DNA of 64,000 nucleotides from Acidobacteriota bacterium (GTDB lineage: Bacteria; Acidobacteriota; UBA890; WLXD01). A program made the position numbers and the translations under genes. Shown here piece by piece: positions 18,800 through 29,117 of this stretch. Location of the stretch: NCBI GenBank assembly GCA_963666055.2, contig CAXWPH010000014.1, forward strand, positions 288,001-352,000, given 5' to 3'. How positions within the stretch are numbered: the stretch's first letter is position 1; every line of letters begins with the position of its first letter. The notes beneath the pieces are model-generated. The model saw nothing but the letters and a program-made list of their open reading frames with translations, did not search any database and was not told the DNA's origin.

Positions 18800-20235
18800 T
18801 GACCCGGCCCCTCCTCATCGCGGCAGCAACGCTAGTGCTCCACACGACCCCGGCGGTCGCACAGGACACCACGCATCCGCAAGACATGGACCTTCCAGCC
18901 CCCTCGTTCGAGCGTCCCGATCCTGAAGGTCTTCGCCTGGAGCTGGATAACGGCCTTCGCGCGTACGTGGCCGAGGATCACCGGGCGCCGCTCATGACGC
19001 TGACGGCGTTCGTCGCGGCCGGATCGGCCCACGGCGAGGCCGGCGAGGCCGCGGCCGTGGCGGCGGCGCTGCGACGCGGGCCGGCATCGATGTCCGTGGC
19101 GGATTTCCGTGCCGCGCTCGATCAGATGGCGGCCGCGTACACGGTGACCCTGGGACGAGAGGAGACCGAGATCACCATGGACGTGCCCGCCGGAGATGCG
19201 TGGAGGGCGCTCGACCTGTTCTCCGCCACCCTCCAGGGGCCGGCGTTGGGCGCCTCGTCGGCCGGCAGCCCGGCGCGCACGTCTCAGGCCGAGGGAATCG
19301 ACTGGGCGAGCTCGATCGCCGGGGCGATCGCCGCGTTCGACAGCCGCTTGTACCAGGGCCATCCGTTCGGGCGCAGTCCGTCCGCTGACGACGTGGACGA
19401 GGCCAACGCCGGGGGCGCCGAGCGTTACCACCGCACGTACTTCGTTCCTGCGAACGTCGTCCTCGCGGTCGCCGGCGACTTCGACGCGGCGGAGGCGCGG
19501 CATCGTACCGCCGAAGCGTTCTCGCGGTGGAGTGGCGGCGAACGTGCCGGTGCCTTGACGTTTCCGAACGTGACGACGGAGTCGCCGCGTCGCGTGCTTC
19601 AGGCGAACGCCGACAAGCTCCAGGGTTGGGTCGTGATCGGCCATGAGATCCCCATCGTGCCGCGGCAGGATCAGGCCGCGCTCGACGTGATGAACTACAT
19701 CCTCGGCGCCTATCACCTCGATTCACGGCTCTACCGTGAGTCGAGGGAGCTGCGCGGTCTCACCAACGACAACAGCTCGTTCCTCGAGCCCGGCGTGCGA
19801 GGTCCCGGCAGCTACACGTTCCGCACCTACGGCCGACCGGAGGCGGTGCGCTTGCTCGTGGAGATCACCTTCCGGGAGCTCCAAAAGATCCGCGACACGA
19901 GAGCGAGCGACGACGAGCTCTTCGTCGCCAAGGGAGCGCTTGCGGACGGAACGTACGCGTCACAGTACGCGACGGGGCTTGATGCGTCGCGGAGCTTTGC
20001 GCTGGAATGGCTGCGTGACCGAGACCATGACTGGTCGGCCGGCTATACGGAGCGGATTCGCGCGGTGACGCTAGAGCAGGTACAGGCGGCGGCACAAAGG
20101 TACATCCACCCCGATCGCATGCTGGTCTCCGTCATGGGTCCGCTCGAGAAGATCGAGGCGTCGCCGATGATCGAGTCGGAGCCCCAATTAGATGCTTGGG
20201 GCGAGATCGAGCGAGTCGATGGCGGAGGGCGTTGA
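18796..20235 (+). CDS. M16 peptidase-like partner subunit (no HxxEH)
   Basis: LDNGLRAYVAEDH, YFVPANVVLAVAGDFD, RIRAVTLEQV; ATGA overlap. Confidence 0.85.
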   Translation: MMTRPLLIAAATLVLHTTPAVAQDTTHPQDMDLPAPSFERPDPEGLRLELDNGLRAYVAEDHRAPLMTLTAFVAAGSAHGEAGEAAAVAAALRRGPASMSVADFRAALDQMAAAYTVTLGREETEITMDVPAGDAWRALDLFSATLQGPALGASSAGSPARTSQAEGIDWASSIAGAIAAFDSRLYQGHPFGRSPSADDVDEANAGGAERYHRTYFVPANVVLAVAGDFDAAEARHRTAEAFSRWSGGERAGALTFPNVTTESPRRVLQANADKLQGWVVIGHEIPIVPRQDQAALDVMNYILGAYHLDSRLYRESRELRGLTNDNSSFLEPGVRGPGSYTFRTYGRPEAVRLLVEITFRELQKIRDTRASDDELFVAKGALADGTYASQYATGLDASRSFALEWLRDRDHDWSAGYTERIRAVTLEQVQAAAQRYIHPDRMLVSVMGPLEKIEASPMIESEPQLDAWGEIERVDGGGR

Positions 20236-20279
20236 AGTGGCCGGTTGCCGGGCCCGCAACGGACCCGTCGCCGCGCTCC

Positions 20280-21893
20280 TCAATACGACAGAGTCTCCCC
20301 TGGCAGTGGTGGGGTGTGACGGGGGAGACGCCGCGCTGCGGTACGCTGCTCGAACGCATAGCCGAGTGCCAGCAGACGCGGCTCGCTGAATGCGCGGCCC
20401 ATGAACGATAGCGTTACCGGTAGCCCGGAAGTCGTGAAGCCCGCGGGGACGGCGAGAGCGGGAAAGCCCGCCAAGCTCGCAATGTTGGTGGGAGTGCTGC
20501 CCATAGTCGCGGTGAGCGCACTCCCGCCAACCAGCTGGGGCGGTGGATCGGCGTCGATCCAGGTGGGTCTGGTAGGAGATGTGGGGTAGACGATGGCGTC
20601 GAGCTCGTTGACCTCGAATAGCCCGGCCACCATATCCCGAATCAGCGGCAGGCCGTGCTTGCGTACGGCGAGATAGTCATAGTCGTTCAACGTGCCGGCT
20701 TCCGTTTCCCTCTTGAGCAGATGCCAGCGCGACGCGTTGGGAACATACCCCTCCGGTGACGGCGACCTGAGCATGGTCGACCGCCGATACAGCTCTTCAA
20801 CGGTCTTTGGATACTTCTCGTCCAAGGTCGCGAGATATTCGCCCATTTGCGGTTTGAACTCGGGAAGGCGCACCGTCCAATAAAGCTCCTCCCGCGAACG
20901 CAGCAGCCACTCCGGAAACTCCACCTCGACGATGGTCGCACCGGCGTCGCGCATCGCCTCCAGCGAGACCTCGACGACCCAGTCCACGTCCCCATCCTGT
21001 CCGAGGAACTGACGGGCGACCCCGATGCGAGCGCCGTCGAGGGCGTCGGCGTCGAGGTAGGCCGTGTAGTCGCTCTCGACCCTGCCGGCGACCCCGGCGG
21101 TGGCTTCGTCGGCGGGGTCGACTCCGGCCAGCACGCCGAGGGAGACCGCCACATCGTAGACGTGGCGAGCCATTGGGCCAGCCATGTCGAAGGACAGGCC
21201 GAGCGGGATGATGCCGTCCCGGCTGAGGAGACCGTACGTCGGCCTCAGACCCACGATGCCGTTGGCCGACGCCGGGGCGCGGACGGAGCCGCCCGTGTCG
21301 GTCCCGAGGCCGAGAGGCGCGTACGCCGCCGCGATGCCGACTCCCGTACCGATGGATGACCCTGAAGGTGACCGTTCGACGTCGTGTGGGTTCCGCGTCA
21401 CTCCCCCGATGGAGCTCAAGGAGTCGCCCGAGGCGAACTCGCTCATGGTCGTCTTCGCCAGGATGACCGCCCCGGCGTCGCGTAGCTTGCGCACCAGAAA
21501 CGCGTCATCCGGAGGTAGCGATCCGGCCAGCACGAACGACCCGCCGGTGGTATCGAAGTTGTCCTTCAGGAGGACGGGAATGCCGTGCAGCGGTGACCTC
21601 GGCCCACTCGTCGCCCTCTCAGTATCGAGGGCCCGGGCCTGCGCCAACGCGCTCCGATTCAATGCCATCACCGCGTTGAGCTCGGGACCGGCATCGTCGA
21701 AAGCCGCGATTCGTGCCAGGCTGAGCTCGATGAGCCTCTCGGAGGTGAGCTTGCCGGAATCGAAGGCGGCGTTGATGTCGGCGATGGTGGCCGTGGTGAG
21801 CTCGAATGTCCTTTACCTGGGCTCCTGCGAGGCCTCGGAGACGGCCAATGAGAGCGCCATGGCGATTGGCGGTATCAGATAACGGTGTCGCAT
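20280..21893 (-). pseudogene. Secreted amidase with an in-frame TAA (21813-21815) and a short deletion
   Basis: PLHGIPVLLKDN, GTDTGGSVRAPAS. TAA follows the signal peptide; KDNFDT-TGGS lacks about 5-6 usual residues. Confidence 0.8.
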
Positions 21894-22017
21894 GATGGTC
21901 GCTTCCACTCACCGAAATGGTCGCATCCTGTCGACCTTTGATCTGGATTACTCGACCCCTGGAGCGGCCGAAACTGAGATGACCGGCGTTCGGCACACTG
22001 TGCCAGCCGGGTAATTG

Positions 22018-22030
22018 ACTTGACAGTGCC
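22018..22030 (-). mobile_element. IS6-like terminal inverted repeat remnant
   Basis: Reverse complement GGCACTGTCAAGT; matches the IR at 42138 next to an IS6 transposase fragment. Confidence 0.6.
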
Positions 22031-22038
22031 AGCGCTAG

Positions 22039-22309
22039 CAGGCCGTGGTGAAAGTGTGGTGGGCCTGGTTACGGCGAGTTGGGGCCAGATGCAAGGCGGC
22101 CTGACACAGGCGATGCCCTAGCCATCGTCGAGAAAGGCCAACACCGCAGATGGCCCCAAATCGCCGTAACCCTTCGGGCGACAGGGGGTTGCGCGCCTAT
22201 GCTGCGTCGTTCCTCGTCAACGATGGGGGTTCCATCGCCTTCTCCTCTCTCCTTGCCTCCCCCTCGCAAGACCCTGTCGCCAGACCCACCACACTTTCAC
22301 CACGGCCTG
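22039..22309 (-). mobile_element. 271-bp MITE, copy 2 (inverted)
   Basis: Same TIRs and length as copy 1; CTAG at 22035-22038 and 22310-22313. Confidence 0.92.
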
Positions 22310-22458
22310 CTAGCAGAGTTTCTTCAGCACCTTGCTAGTGTTCAGGTCGACGCGTTTGCCGTTTTGAGCGAGGCGTGATCCGATTGTCGCCGCGAGCTCA
22401 CCCACGTGGAGCGCGGCATCGAGGTGGCGCGGCGAGAGGATCTCCTGACCATCTCATC

Positions 22459-23919
22459 CTATTTGATGAGATAAAGCTCCTCTTGCGGCGGAGACAAGTA
22501 TTCGACTCCACTTTCGGTGGCAATCGCCTGCTCATGATCCCACCAGAGCAAATATTGGTCTTCGTGTTCGCCGGAAGCCCACGGCATATAGATGAAGTAC
22601 TCCAGAACGAAGTGGTGATTGGGTGGGAGCGGTATGTCCCACATCCATTCGGGACCGTTAGATCCGATCCTGGGGCCAAAATAGTTCTCGAACGTCCTGG
22701 CGCGCGCTCCCTTTCCCATGCCATGGCAGTCGATATTGAGGTGGGTCTTGTCAGGGTCAAAGCCCGCGGTATAAGCGGAGAGCTCGTTCCTTGGGGTGAA
22801 CAAATGCAACTGCTCGTCCCTGAGAATTATCCCTTCGTCTTCGATTATCGCCGTGTAGTTCTTGACTATTTCTCGCGGGGTAAGGCCCACCTTGATGTTC
22901 TCTGCCAGGATCTGATCGATTCTTCGGTACTCTGCCCAGACTTCCTTGATCTCTGGAGGCGGTTCCGTCTCTCCTTCACGCAGCACATAGGCGTACATTC
23001 CCTGGCTCGGGGCCGCAACAATGTCGCCTCCCTGGATCACAACATCCTCGTGACCTGGAGTCCGTCCCCTTTGTGAGACTCCCGTGCCTCTACGGCGAAA
23101 AACAGTCATTCCCACGTCGCGATTCCTTGTTACGCCCGGCACGATCTCCTCGAAGGCGCTCTTTACGCGCTCAACCTCGTCGGCGCGCAGCTTCTTGAGC
23201 AGCTCGATCTCACTTGGCACCGGTGTGGCTACGTACTCCATCATCACGAATTCAGACGAGACGATCCGGTTGGCGTATTTTTCCCCGAGCTCCGCGGCCA
23301 ATAGCAGGTAGTCCGTATACGAGAGGCCGTCTTGCGCTCGTGTCGTGGTGGGATAGGGCCCCAGGTCGAACTTGAAATTCAGGGCAATGCGTTCGGGGTC
23401 ACGTGCTTCAACGAATTCTCCGAGGCCCTGGAATCGGTAGTCATATTCCGTCTCCGGCCCTCCCGGCGGCTGCTTCACCAGAACCGGGTCATGGAGTATG
23501 TCGTAGGCTCCCGATTCCTCGACCGACTCAGTCTCCCAAGTCACCCTCCATGTTTCTCCGGCATGTGAAGCTCCCCAGCGACGTCCGAGAACCGCCCGTT
23601 CGATCCGGTCGCCGCCACGGTCCGTGAAGACGAAAACACCGGAGGTACTCCCCAAGTCTTCTGCACCGAAGGGATCCGGAATGGCCTCTCTCATCACGTG
23701 AATCCACATGTCGACGTCGTTCTTTCGCATGACTCCAGGCAGGACGATGTCGAACTTGTCTCGACGAATCCGATGATTCCATTCCTTCAGGTCGTTCTCA
23801 TCCCGAGCTAGTGCCTCGGTCGTAGTCGTATCGGTCGATGCTGCGTCTCTTTCAGAGCCACAGGAACACAACAAGACAGACACAGGAACGATCAACAGCG
23901 AAGCGATTCGAATAGACAT
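22459..23919 (-). CDS. M24/Xaa-Pro aminopeptidase-like lipoprotein
   Basis: Lipobox LCSC; VMRKNDVDMWI..MRE, DCHGMG, HEQAIATESGVEYL. Confidence 0.7.
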   Translation of the reverse strand: MSIRIASLLIVPVSVLLCSCGSERDAASTDTTTTEALARDENDLKEWNHRIRRDKFDIVLPGVMRKNDVDMWIHVMREAIPDPFGAEDLGSTSGVFVFTDRGGDRIERAVLGRRWGASHAGETWRVTWETESVEESGAYDILHDPVLVKQPPGGPETEYDYRFQGLGEFVEARDPERIALNFKFDLGPYPTTTRAQDGLSYTDYLLLAAELGEKYANRIVSSEFVMMEYVATPVPSEIELLKKLRADEVERVKSAFEEIVPGVTRNRDVGMTVFRRRGTGVSQRGRTPGHEDVVIQGGDIVAAPSQGMYAYVLREGETEPPPEIKEVWAEYRRIDQILAENIKVGLTPREIVKNYTAIIEDEGIILRDEQLHLFTPRNELSAYTAGFDPDKTHLNIDCHGMGKGARARTFENYFGPRIGSNGPEWMWDIPLPPNHHFVLEYFIYMPWASGEHEDQYLLWWDHEQAIATESGVEYLSPPQEELYLIK

Positions 23920-23992
23920 TGGACACTTCCTTTCAAACGTCTTCGATCAAAAAGCGCCGCAAGACTGCGCCAGGTTGGGCGAGCGTCGGGCG

Positions 23993-24490
23993 CTAACGAC
24001 GCTCCGCCTCCAGCCTCCCATCCATGAATACGTACGACGGCACGACCCGGTAGTCGAACGGGTGTCCCTCCAGGACGACGAAATCGGCGTCCTTTCCTAC
24101 CTCGATGCTACCGATCCGGTCTTCGATATCGAGCATCTCGGCCGCGTTGAGGGTCGCCATCCGCAACGCTTCGACCTCTGGCACGCCGTTCCTGAACGCC
24201 CAGGCGCTATTCAGGATGGGCTCACCACCCCGACGGCCGATCGGTGACGCCCGGCGCGACGCACCGGGGCCGAAGAAGGCCACCTTGACGCCTGCCCGGC
24301 TGAGGATCGCTGGGCCCTCGATGCTCCAGCCGTCCCCTCCCCCGCGGATGTCGGAGGCGGCGCTGCCGGAGTTGCCGAGTATGACTCCTACGTCGGCCGC
24401 GGCGAGCTCGTCGGCCAGTTTGTGGGCCTCCACTCCTCCGGTGACCACGAGGCGCAACCCGTAGTCCTGCGCGATGCTCATCGCTGCCCC
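23993..24490 (-). pseudogene. Amidohydrolase C-terminal fragment
   Basis: ALRMATLNAAEML...GSIEVGKDADFVVL...VFMDG. Confidence 0.8.
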
Positions 24491-24564
24491 GCAGATGGAG
24501 TCACGAACACGCCACTGAGGCAGAGCATAGCCGCCACCCTGAGCCTGAGGCACGCCTCCCTCCC

Positions 24565-24672
24565 TACGCTTCCTCGCTTCGCCAGGAGATCCTTGACGTC
24601 GCGCAAGCTCAGGCAGAAGCGTTGGTCTAGCCAGACAGCGTGAACGATGACGTCGATTGGGAAACAGTGTCA
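24565..24672 (-). mobile_element. IS6-family transposase N-terminal remnant
   Basis: Translates HCFPIDVIVHAVWLDQRFCLSLRDVKDLLAKRG (IS6 consensus HRFP.EII..AVW.Y.RF.LS.RDVE.LLAERG). Confidence 0.75.
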
Positions 24673-24787
24673 AGATAGCGCCTCGCGGCGGCGCCAAACG
24701 CGGACCGATGCGACCCCGTAGAGGCCGGTAACGGTTGTTCATCTCGACGATCGTCTGGATATCAGGGCGATAGAGAGAATCAAGCAC

Positions 24788-25393
24788 ATGGAAACACTGG
24801 TTGTTCCAGCCGGGGAGGGCCGCGCGTTTCACGTTACCGACGGCCAGCGCCTGCGCATCATCACCCCCAAGGGGCAGCAGTCCGCCGACCTCTTCGCCTT
24901 CCGCGCCGACGACATCAGCGAGTGCTTTTCCCCAGCGCACACCTGGATGCCGACACGCGCGCTGCACCCGCGAGCCGGCGACACCTTCCTCAGCTGCTTC
25001 CGGCAGCCGATGCTCGATTTTGTCGAGGACGGAGCCGATGGCATCCATGATCTGATCATCGCCCCCTGTGACGCTATCCGGTACAAGCAGTTCGGCGTCG
25101 AGGGTGATCACCGGAGCTGCGCCGAAAACCTCGAGATCGCCATGCGTGAAATTGGCCACGAGATCATCGTGCCCCCCCTGGCGGTAAATTTCTTCACCAA
25201 CACGACGGTGGAGGACGGATTCATGTTCAATACGCCGGTTGCGCCGGTGGTCAAGCCCGGCGGCTACGTCGTGCTCAAGGCCCGCATGGACCTCATCTGC
25301 GCTGTCTCCTCGTGCCCTTACGACCTGGAGGGGCCTGGTTGGGCGATCAATGCGCCCGGTGGACCAACTGAAATCGTCGTCGAACTGCTCTGA
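24788..25393 (+). CDS. Urea carboxylase-associated family protein (DUF1989)
   Basis: G.Q.ADLFAF, HDLI..PC, HRSCAENL, NFF.N, SSCP. Confidence 0.88.
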   Translation: METLVVPAGEGRAFHVTDGQRLRIITPKGQQSADLFAFRADDISECFSPAHTWMPTRALHPRAGDTFLSCFRQPMLDFVEDGADGIHDLIIAPCDAIRYKQFGVEGDHRSCAENLEIAMREIGHEIIVPPLAVNFFTNTTVEDGFMFNTPVAPVVKPGGYVVLKARMDLICAVSSCPYDLEGPGWAINAPGGPTEIVVELL

Positions 25394-25606
25394 GGGTACT
25401 GTCAAGTGAAGTCGGTTCTTAGCAGCTGACGCCAAGCAATCTCGGCGTCGATTTGCAGGATCTAGGAGGCCGCCGCGGTTCCGCCACCGCATGTGGGATT
25501 GCGCACCGCTGGCCAGCCGATTCTCGATCGTTGCTCGATTCCTTCGACGGCTGGGCAGTTTCGCCGACAGCGCGTTAGCCAAATCCAACGCAGAGAAACT
25601 CACACC

Positions 25607-27232
25607 GTGAGCACCGCCCAGCTTGATGCCCTGTTGAATCCCAGGACGATTGCGATCGTCGGCGCCAGCGATCGTGCCAGCTCCTGGACGCTCGAGATCT
25701 ACAACAATCTCCAGAGCTTCGGATTCCGGGGCGAGATTTTTCCGGTCAACCCGCGACGGCCGAGCGTTTGGGACCGGGATGCCTACAAGAGCCTCGCGGA
25801 GATTCGCCACCAAGTCGACCTGGCGATCATTGCGATCCCCGCCAGCGCGGCAGTCGACGCCGTAGCGGCGTGTGGCGCGGCCGGTATCCCGGCGGCAATG
25901 GTCGTCTCCAGCGGCTTCCGAGACGCTGGAAGCGAAGGCGCCGACATCCAGGAGGCGCTCGTTGCCGTCGCCAAGGCGAGCAACGTCACCGTGCTGGGAC
26001 CCAACGTCGAGGGCTTCATCAACTATCGCGATCGAGTCGCGGGCTACGGGGCCGAGATGCCTCCGAGCTCCAGCGTCGGCTCGATCTCGATGTTCTCCCA
26101 GAGCGGCACCGCGGCATGGACATTCGCGCACATGGCAGGCGATCGCGGTGTCGGCCTGCGACTCGTCACCGGGGTCGGCGTGGAGGCCATCCTCGACATC
26201 GGAGACATGCTCCAGTGGGCCGCAACCGACGAGGCGACCTCCGTCGTCGCGTGTTACGTCGAGACGGTTCGCGACGTGTCCCGTCTGGAGAGTGGTCTCG
26301 ACGCCATGGCACAGGCGGGCAAGCACGTTGTGGTGTGCTGCCCCCGCGTGGCGGCTGAAGCGGCGCGTCGGTCGATGATTGCGCACACCGGAGAGCTGCT
26401 GGACGATACGACACTGCGCGACGCCTTCCTACGTCGACGCGGCGCAGTGGTGGTTCACGACCCCATCGCACTCTTCGAGACCGCCCTGCTGATCGAAAGC
26501 TCCCCAGCAGGCGTTCGTGGCACGGTTGCCGTGGCCATGCAGTCCGGCGGAAACTGCACACTCTTCGCCGATGCACTCGACGATGCCGAGGTCACTCTCG
26601 GTGAATTCAGCCGGAAAACAACCGCCGCGCTGCGAGAGATCCTGCCAGACTTCACCGAGCCCCGGAATCCGCTCGACGTAACCGGCCAGGCGGTCTTCGA
26701 CAGCAAGATCTACTGCGGCACGATCGACGCGTTGGCAGCGGACCCGGAAGTGGGTATCGTCGTAATCGACGTCGCGCCCAGTCGCCGCGACCCCGACGGC
26801 GGCTCCCTAGTCAACGTGATCCTGAAGCACGCGGCAGAGGTACAGCGTTCCAGTGGCAAGCCTGTCATCTCCGTGCTCGCAACCCCGTTCTCGTATCCTC
26901 CACGCACGGCGACGCTGCTAGCTGAACATGGTGTCACCGTGTTGCAAGGCCACGCCGCGTCGGCCATCGCGATTGGTGGCCTGATCAGCATTTCTCGACA
27001 GCAGCGGCCCACCTCCAAGCGCAGCGTCGATAGGCCCGACATCTCGATCCCCTCGGGCGTGCTCGATGAGACAGCAAGCGCCCGGATCTTCGCCGCGTAC
27101 GACATCGAGCGGCCCCGCGAGCTCGTCGCGGCTACTGCCGAACAGGCGGCGGAGCGCGCCGAGCAGATCGGCGGCCGCGCCGTGGCTGTGGACGCCCTGG
27201 CCGTCACCAAGGACGAAAAAGGAGAGGAATGA
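25607..27232 (+). pseudogene. Acetate/acyl-CoA ligase (ADP-forming family), ATP-grasp domain deleted
   Basis: PRTIAIVGAS, LGPN, SQSG, AHTG, NPLD; jumps from AEQIGG directly to the terminal AVAVDAL motif. Confidence 0.75.
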
Positions 27233-27618
27233 TGTCGAAAGAGGCAGTGTTGCGCGTGCGCATGTCAGCCCGCGATGCCCACTACGGTGGAACCCTGGTA
27301 GCCGGCGCCAAGATGCTCGAGCTCTTCGGCGATTTGATCACCGAGCTCGCCATCCAACAGGACGGCGATGAGGGCCTGTTTCGCAGCTACGATGAAGTGG
27401 AGTTTCTGGCCCCTGTCTACAGCGGCGACTTTATCGAGGCCAAGGGCCGCATCATCAAGATCGGCAACACCTCGCGACGTTGTGAATTCGAAGCCTACAA
27501 GGTCATCGGCGTTCGGCCAGATGTGAACGATTCGGCCGCGGATGTGCTGAAGGACCCTGTCCTCGTGTGTCGGGCCACAGGCACGACAGTGGTTCCCGAG
27601 ATCAAGAAGCGCCTCTAG
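27229..27618 (+). CDS. kal: 3-aminobutyryl-CoA ammonia-lyase (hotdog fold)
   Basis: RVRMS..DAHYGG.LV.GA..L.LFGD, DGDEGLF, FLAPV..GDFIEA.G.I...GNTSR. Confidence 0.85.
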   Translation: MMSKEAVLRVRMSARDAHYGGTLVAGAKMLELFGDLITELAIQQDGDEGLFRSYDEVEFLAPVYSGDFIEAKGRIIKIGNTSRRCEFEAYKVIGVRPDVNDSAADVLKDPVLVCRATGTTVVPEIKKRL

Positions 27619-27746
27619 CAGGCCGTGCTAGCAGGCCAACGGCGGGCCCTACTCCACGTCGCGGGCCCCAATGCGAGCGTCGCATCCTTGACTTGACAGC
27701 ACCCGCAAAAGAGATTGTTCTGTCCGGTGGCGATTCGTAATTCATC

Positions 27747-28496
27747 ATGCTCATACACAAACCCGACGGGCACTACAGATTCCTCAAGGGCATTGCCCCC
27801 TACTCGTGCGGTGTCGTCGCGGACGACGGGTGGGAGATCGTGCGTGCCACGCTGGCCGAGCCCTTGCCCTGGCGGACGGGTTTTGACCGCGTCGAAACGC
27901 AGCTGCGGGAACTTGCAAGAGACCGCCACGCCCTCTGCGGCATGGAACTTCGGTCACCCGCACCCTTCACAATGCAAGGGTTCATCGAATTCAACCGGGA
28001 ATACTGTGATGTGCTGGCGTCCTGGGATCTCTACGTTGACGGTGATAATCCCGTCGCCCGCACCAATGTCGCACCGGTCGAGGACCCTCCGGGCAACGTG
28101 ACGCTGCACGCCTTTTCCTACACCATCGAGGCAGCGGCTGATCGACCTGCGACGTTGGTGGTCGCCGGCGCCGGAGAGTTGCGGAAAGGCAGCCTCGACG
28201 AAGCAGCTATTGTCCGCCGGGGTCAAATCGATCCCCGTGCCATGCTCGAGAAAGCAGCGCACGTCATGGACGCTATGGAAGAACGGCTGACCGGACTCGG
28301 TGGCACATGGGCATCGGTCAACGCTGTGGATGTCTATACCTGTCACCCGGTCGACCTGCTGCTGAACGATCTTCTCTGGAAGCGACTCGGCCCGGCACGT
28401 CGTCATGCCGTTCGACTGCATCACACCCGGCCGCCGGTGATCGGCATCGAATTCGAAATGGACGTGCGTGGCGTGCGCACCGAACTGGTGATCTGA
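27747..28496 (+). CDS. CnbZ-like (aminomuconate deaminase-like) protein
   Basis: YRFL.GI.PYS.GV, ELRSPAPFT..GF..FN..Y, NPVARTNV, RPPV..IEFEMD.RG. Confidence 0.75.
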   Translation: MLIHKPDGHYRFLKGIAPYSCGVVADDGWEIVRATLAEPLPWRTGFDRVETQLRELARDRHALCGMELRSPAPFTMQGFIEFNREYCDVLASWDLYVDGDNPVARTNVAPVEDPPGNVTLHAFSYTIEAAADRPATLVVAGAGELRKGSLDEAAIVRRGQIDPRAMLEKAAHVMDAMEERLTGLGGTWASVNAVDVYTCHPVDLLLNDLLWKRLGPARRHAVRLHHTRPPVIGIEFEMDVRGVRTELVI

Positions 28497-28599
28497 TGAC
28501 CACAGGCCCCACCCGAACCGCGGACATCGAACTGACCCTCGTCGTCGGAGTGCACGGACCGGGCGCGCTTCACGCCCTACTCCTGCGAACGGCCCTCCC

Positions 28600-29115
28600 T
28601 TGAGACCCGACGTGCGCATCCCGCCTGGAAGCGTCGAGGTCGACTACGAGGCTGAATTCGGTGTCGTGATCGGTCGCCGCGTATCGCGCGTCTCGACGGC
28701 TGACGCCATGAACTACGTGTTGGGCTACACCAACATCAATGACGTCAGCGCGCGCGACTTCCAGTTCGCCGACGGACAATGGCAGCGTGGCAAGTCCTGC
28801 GATACCTTCTGCCCCACGCGCGAAGCCATCGTTACGCGCGACGAGATCGCGAATCCGCACTCCCTCCAGATCCAGTTCCGCTTGAACGGCGAGACGCTGC
28901 AGAACTCGAGCACGGACCAGCTGATCTTCCAGGTGCCTGAGCTCATCTCGAGTCTCTCCGCGTTCACAACGCTAGAGCCCGGCGATGTCATCGCCACCGG
29001 CACGCCCGCCGGCGTTGGCTTCGCGCGCCAGCCTCCCGTCTACGTTCGCCCGGGCGATGTGACGGAGGTCGAGATCGAAGGACTCGGCATCCTGACGAAT
29101 CCGGTCGTCGAGTAG
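28600..29115 (+). pseudogene. Fumarylacetoacetate hydrolase family protein, 5'-truncated
   Basis: DYEAEFGVVIG, NDVSARD, GKSCDTFCP, GDVIATGTPAGVG; N-terminal part missing. Confidence 0.8.
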
Positions 29116-29117
29116 CT

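Noticed and set aside
23993-26386. 797-aa minus-strand ORF and other long antisense ORFs (e.g. 1576-2835, 17312-18625, 46546-47634)
   Set aside because: GC-rich shadow frames of real opposite-strand genes; only the last ~165 codons of the 797-aa ORF are a real amidohydrolase fragment.
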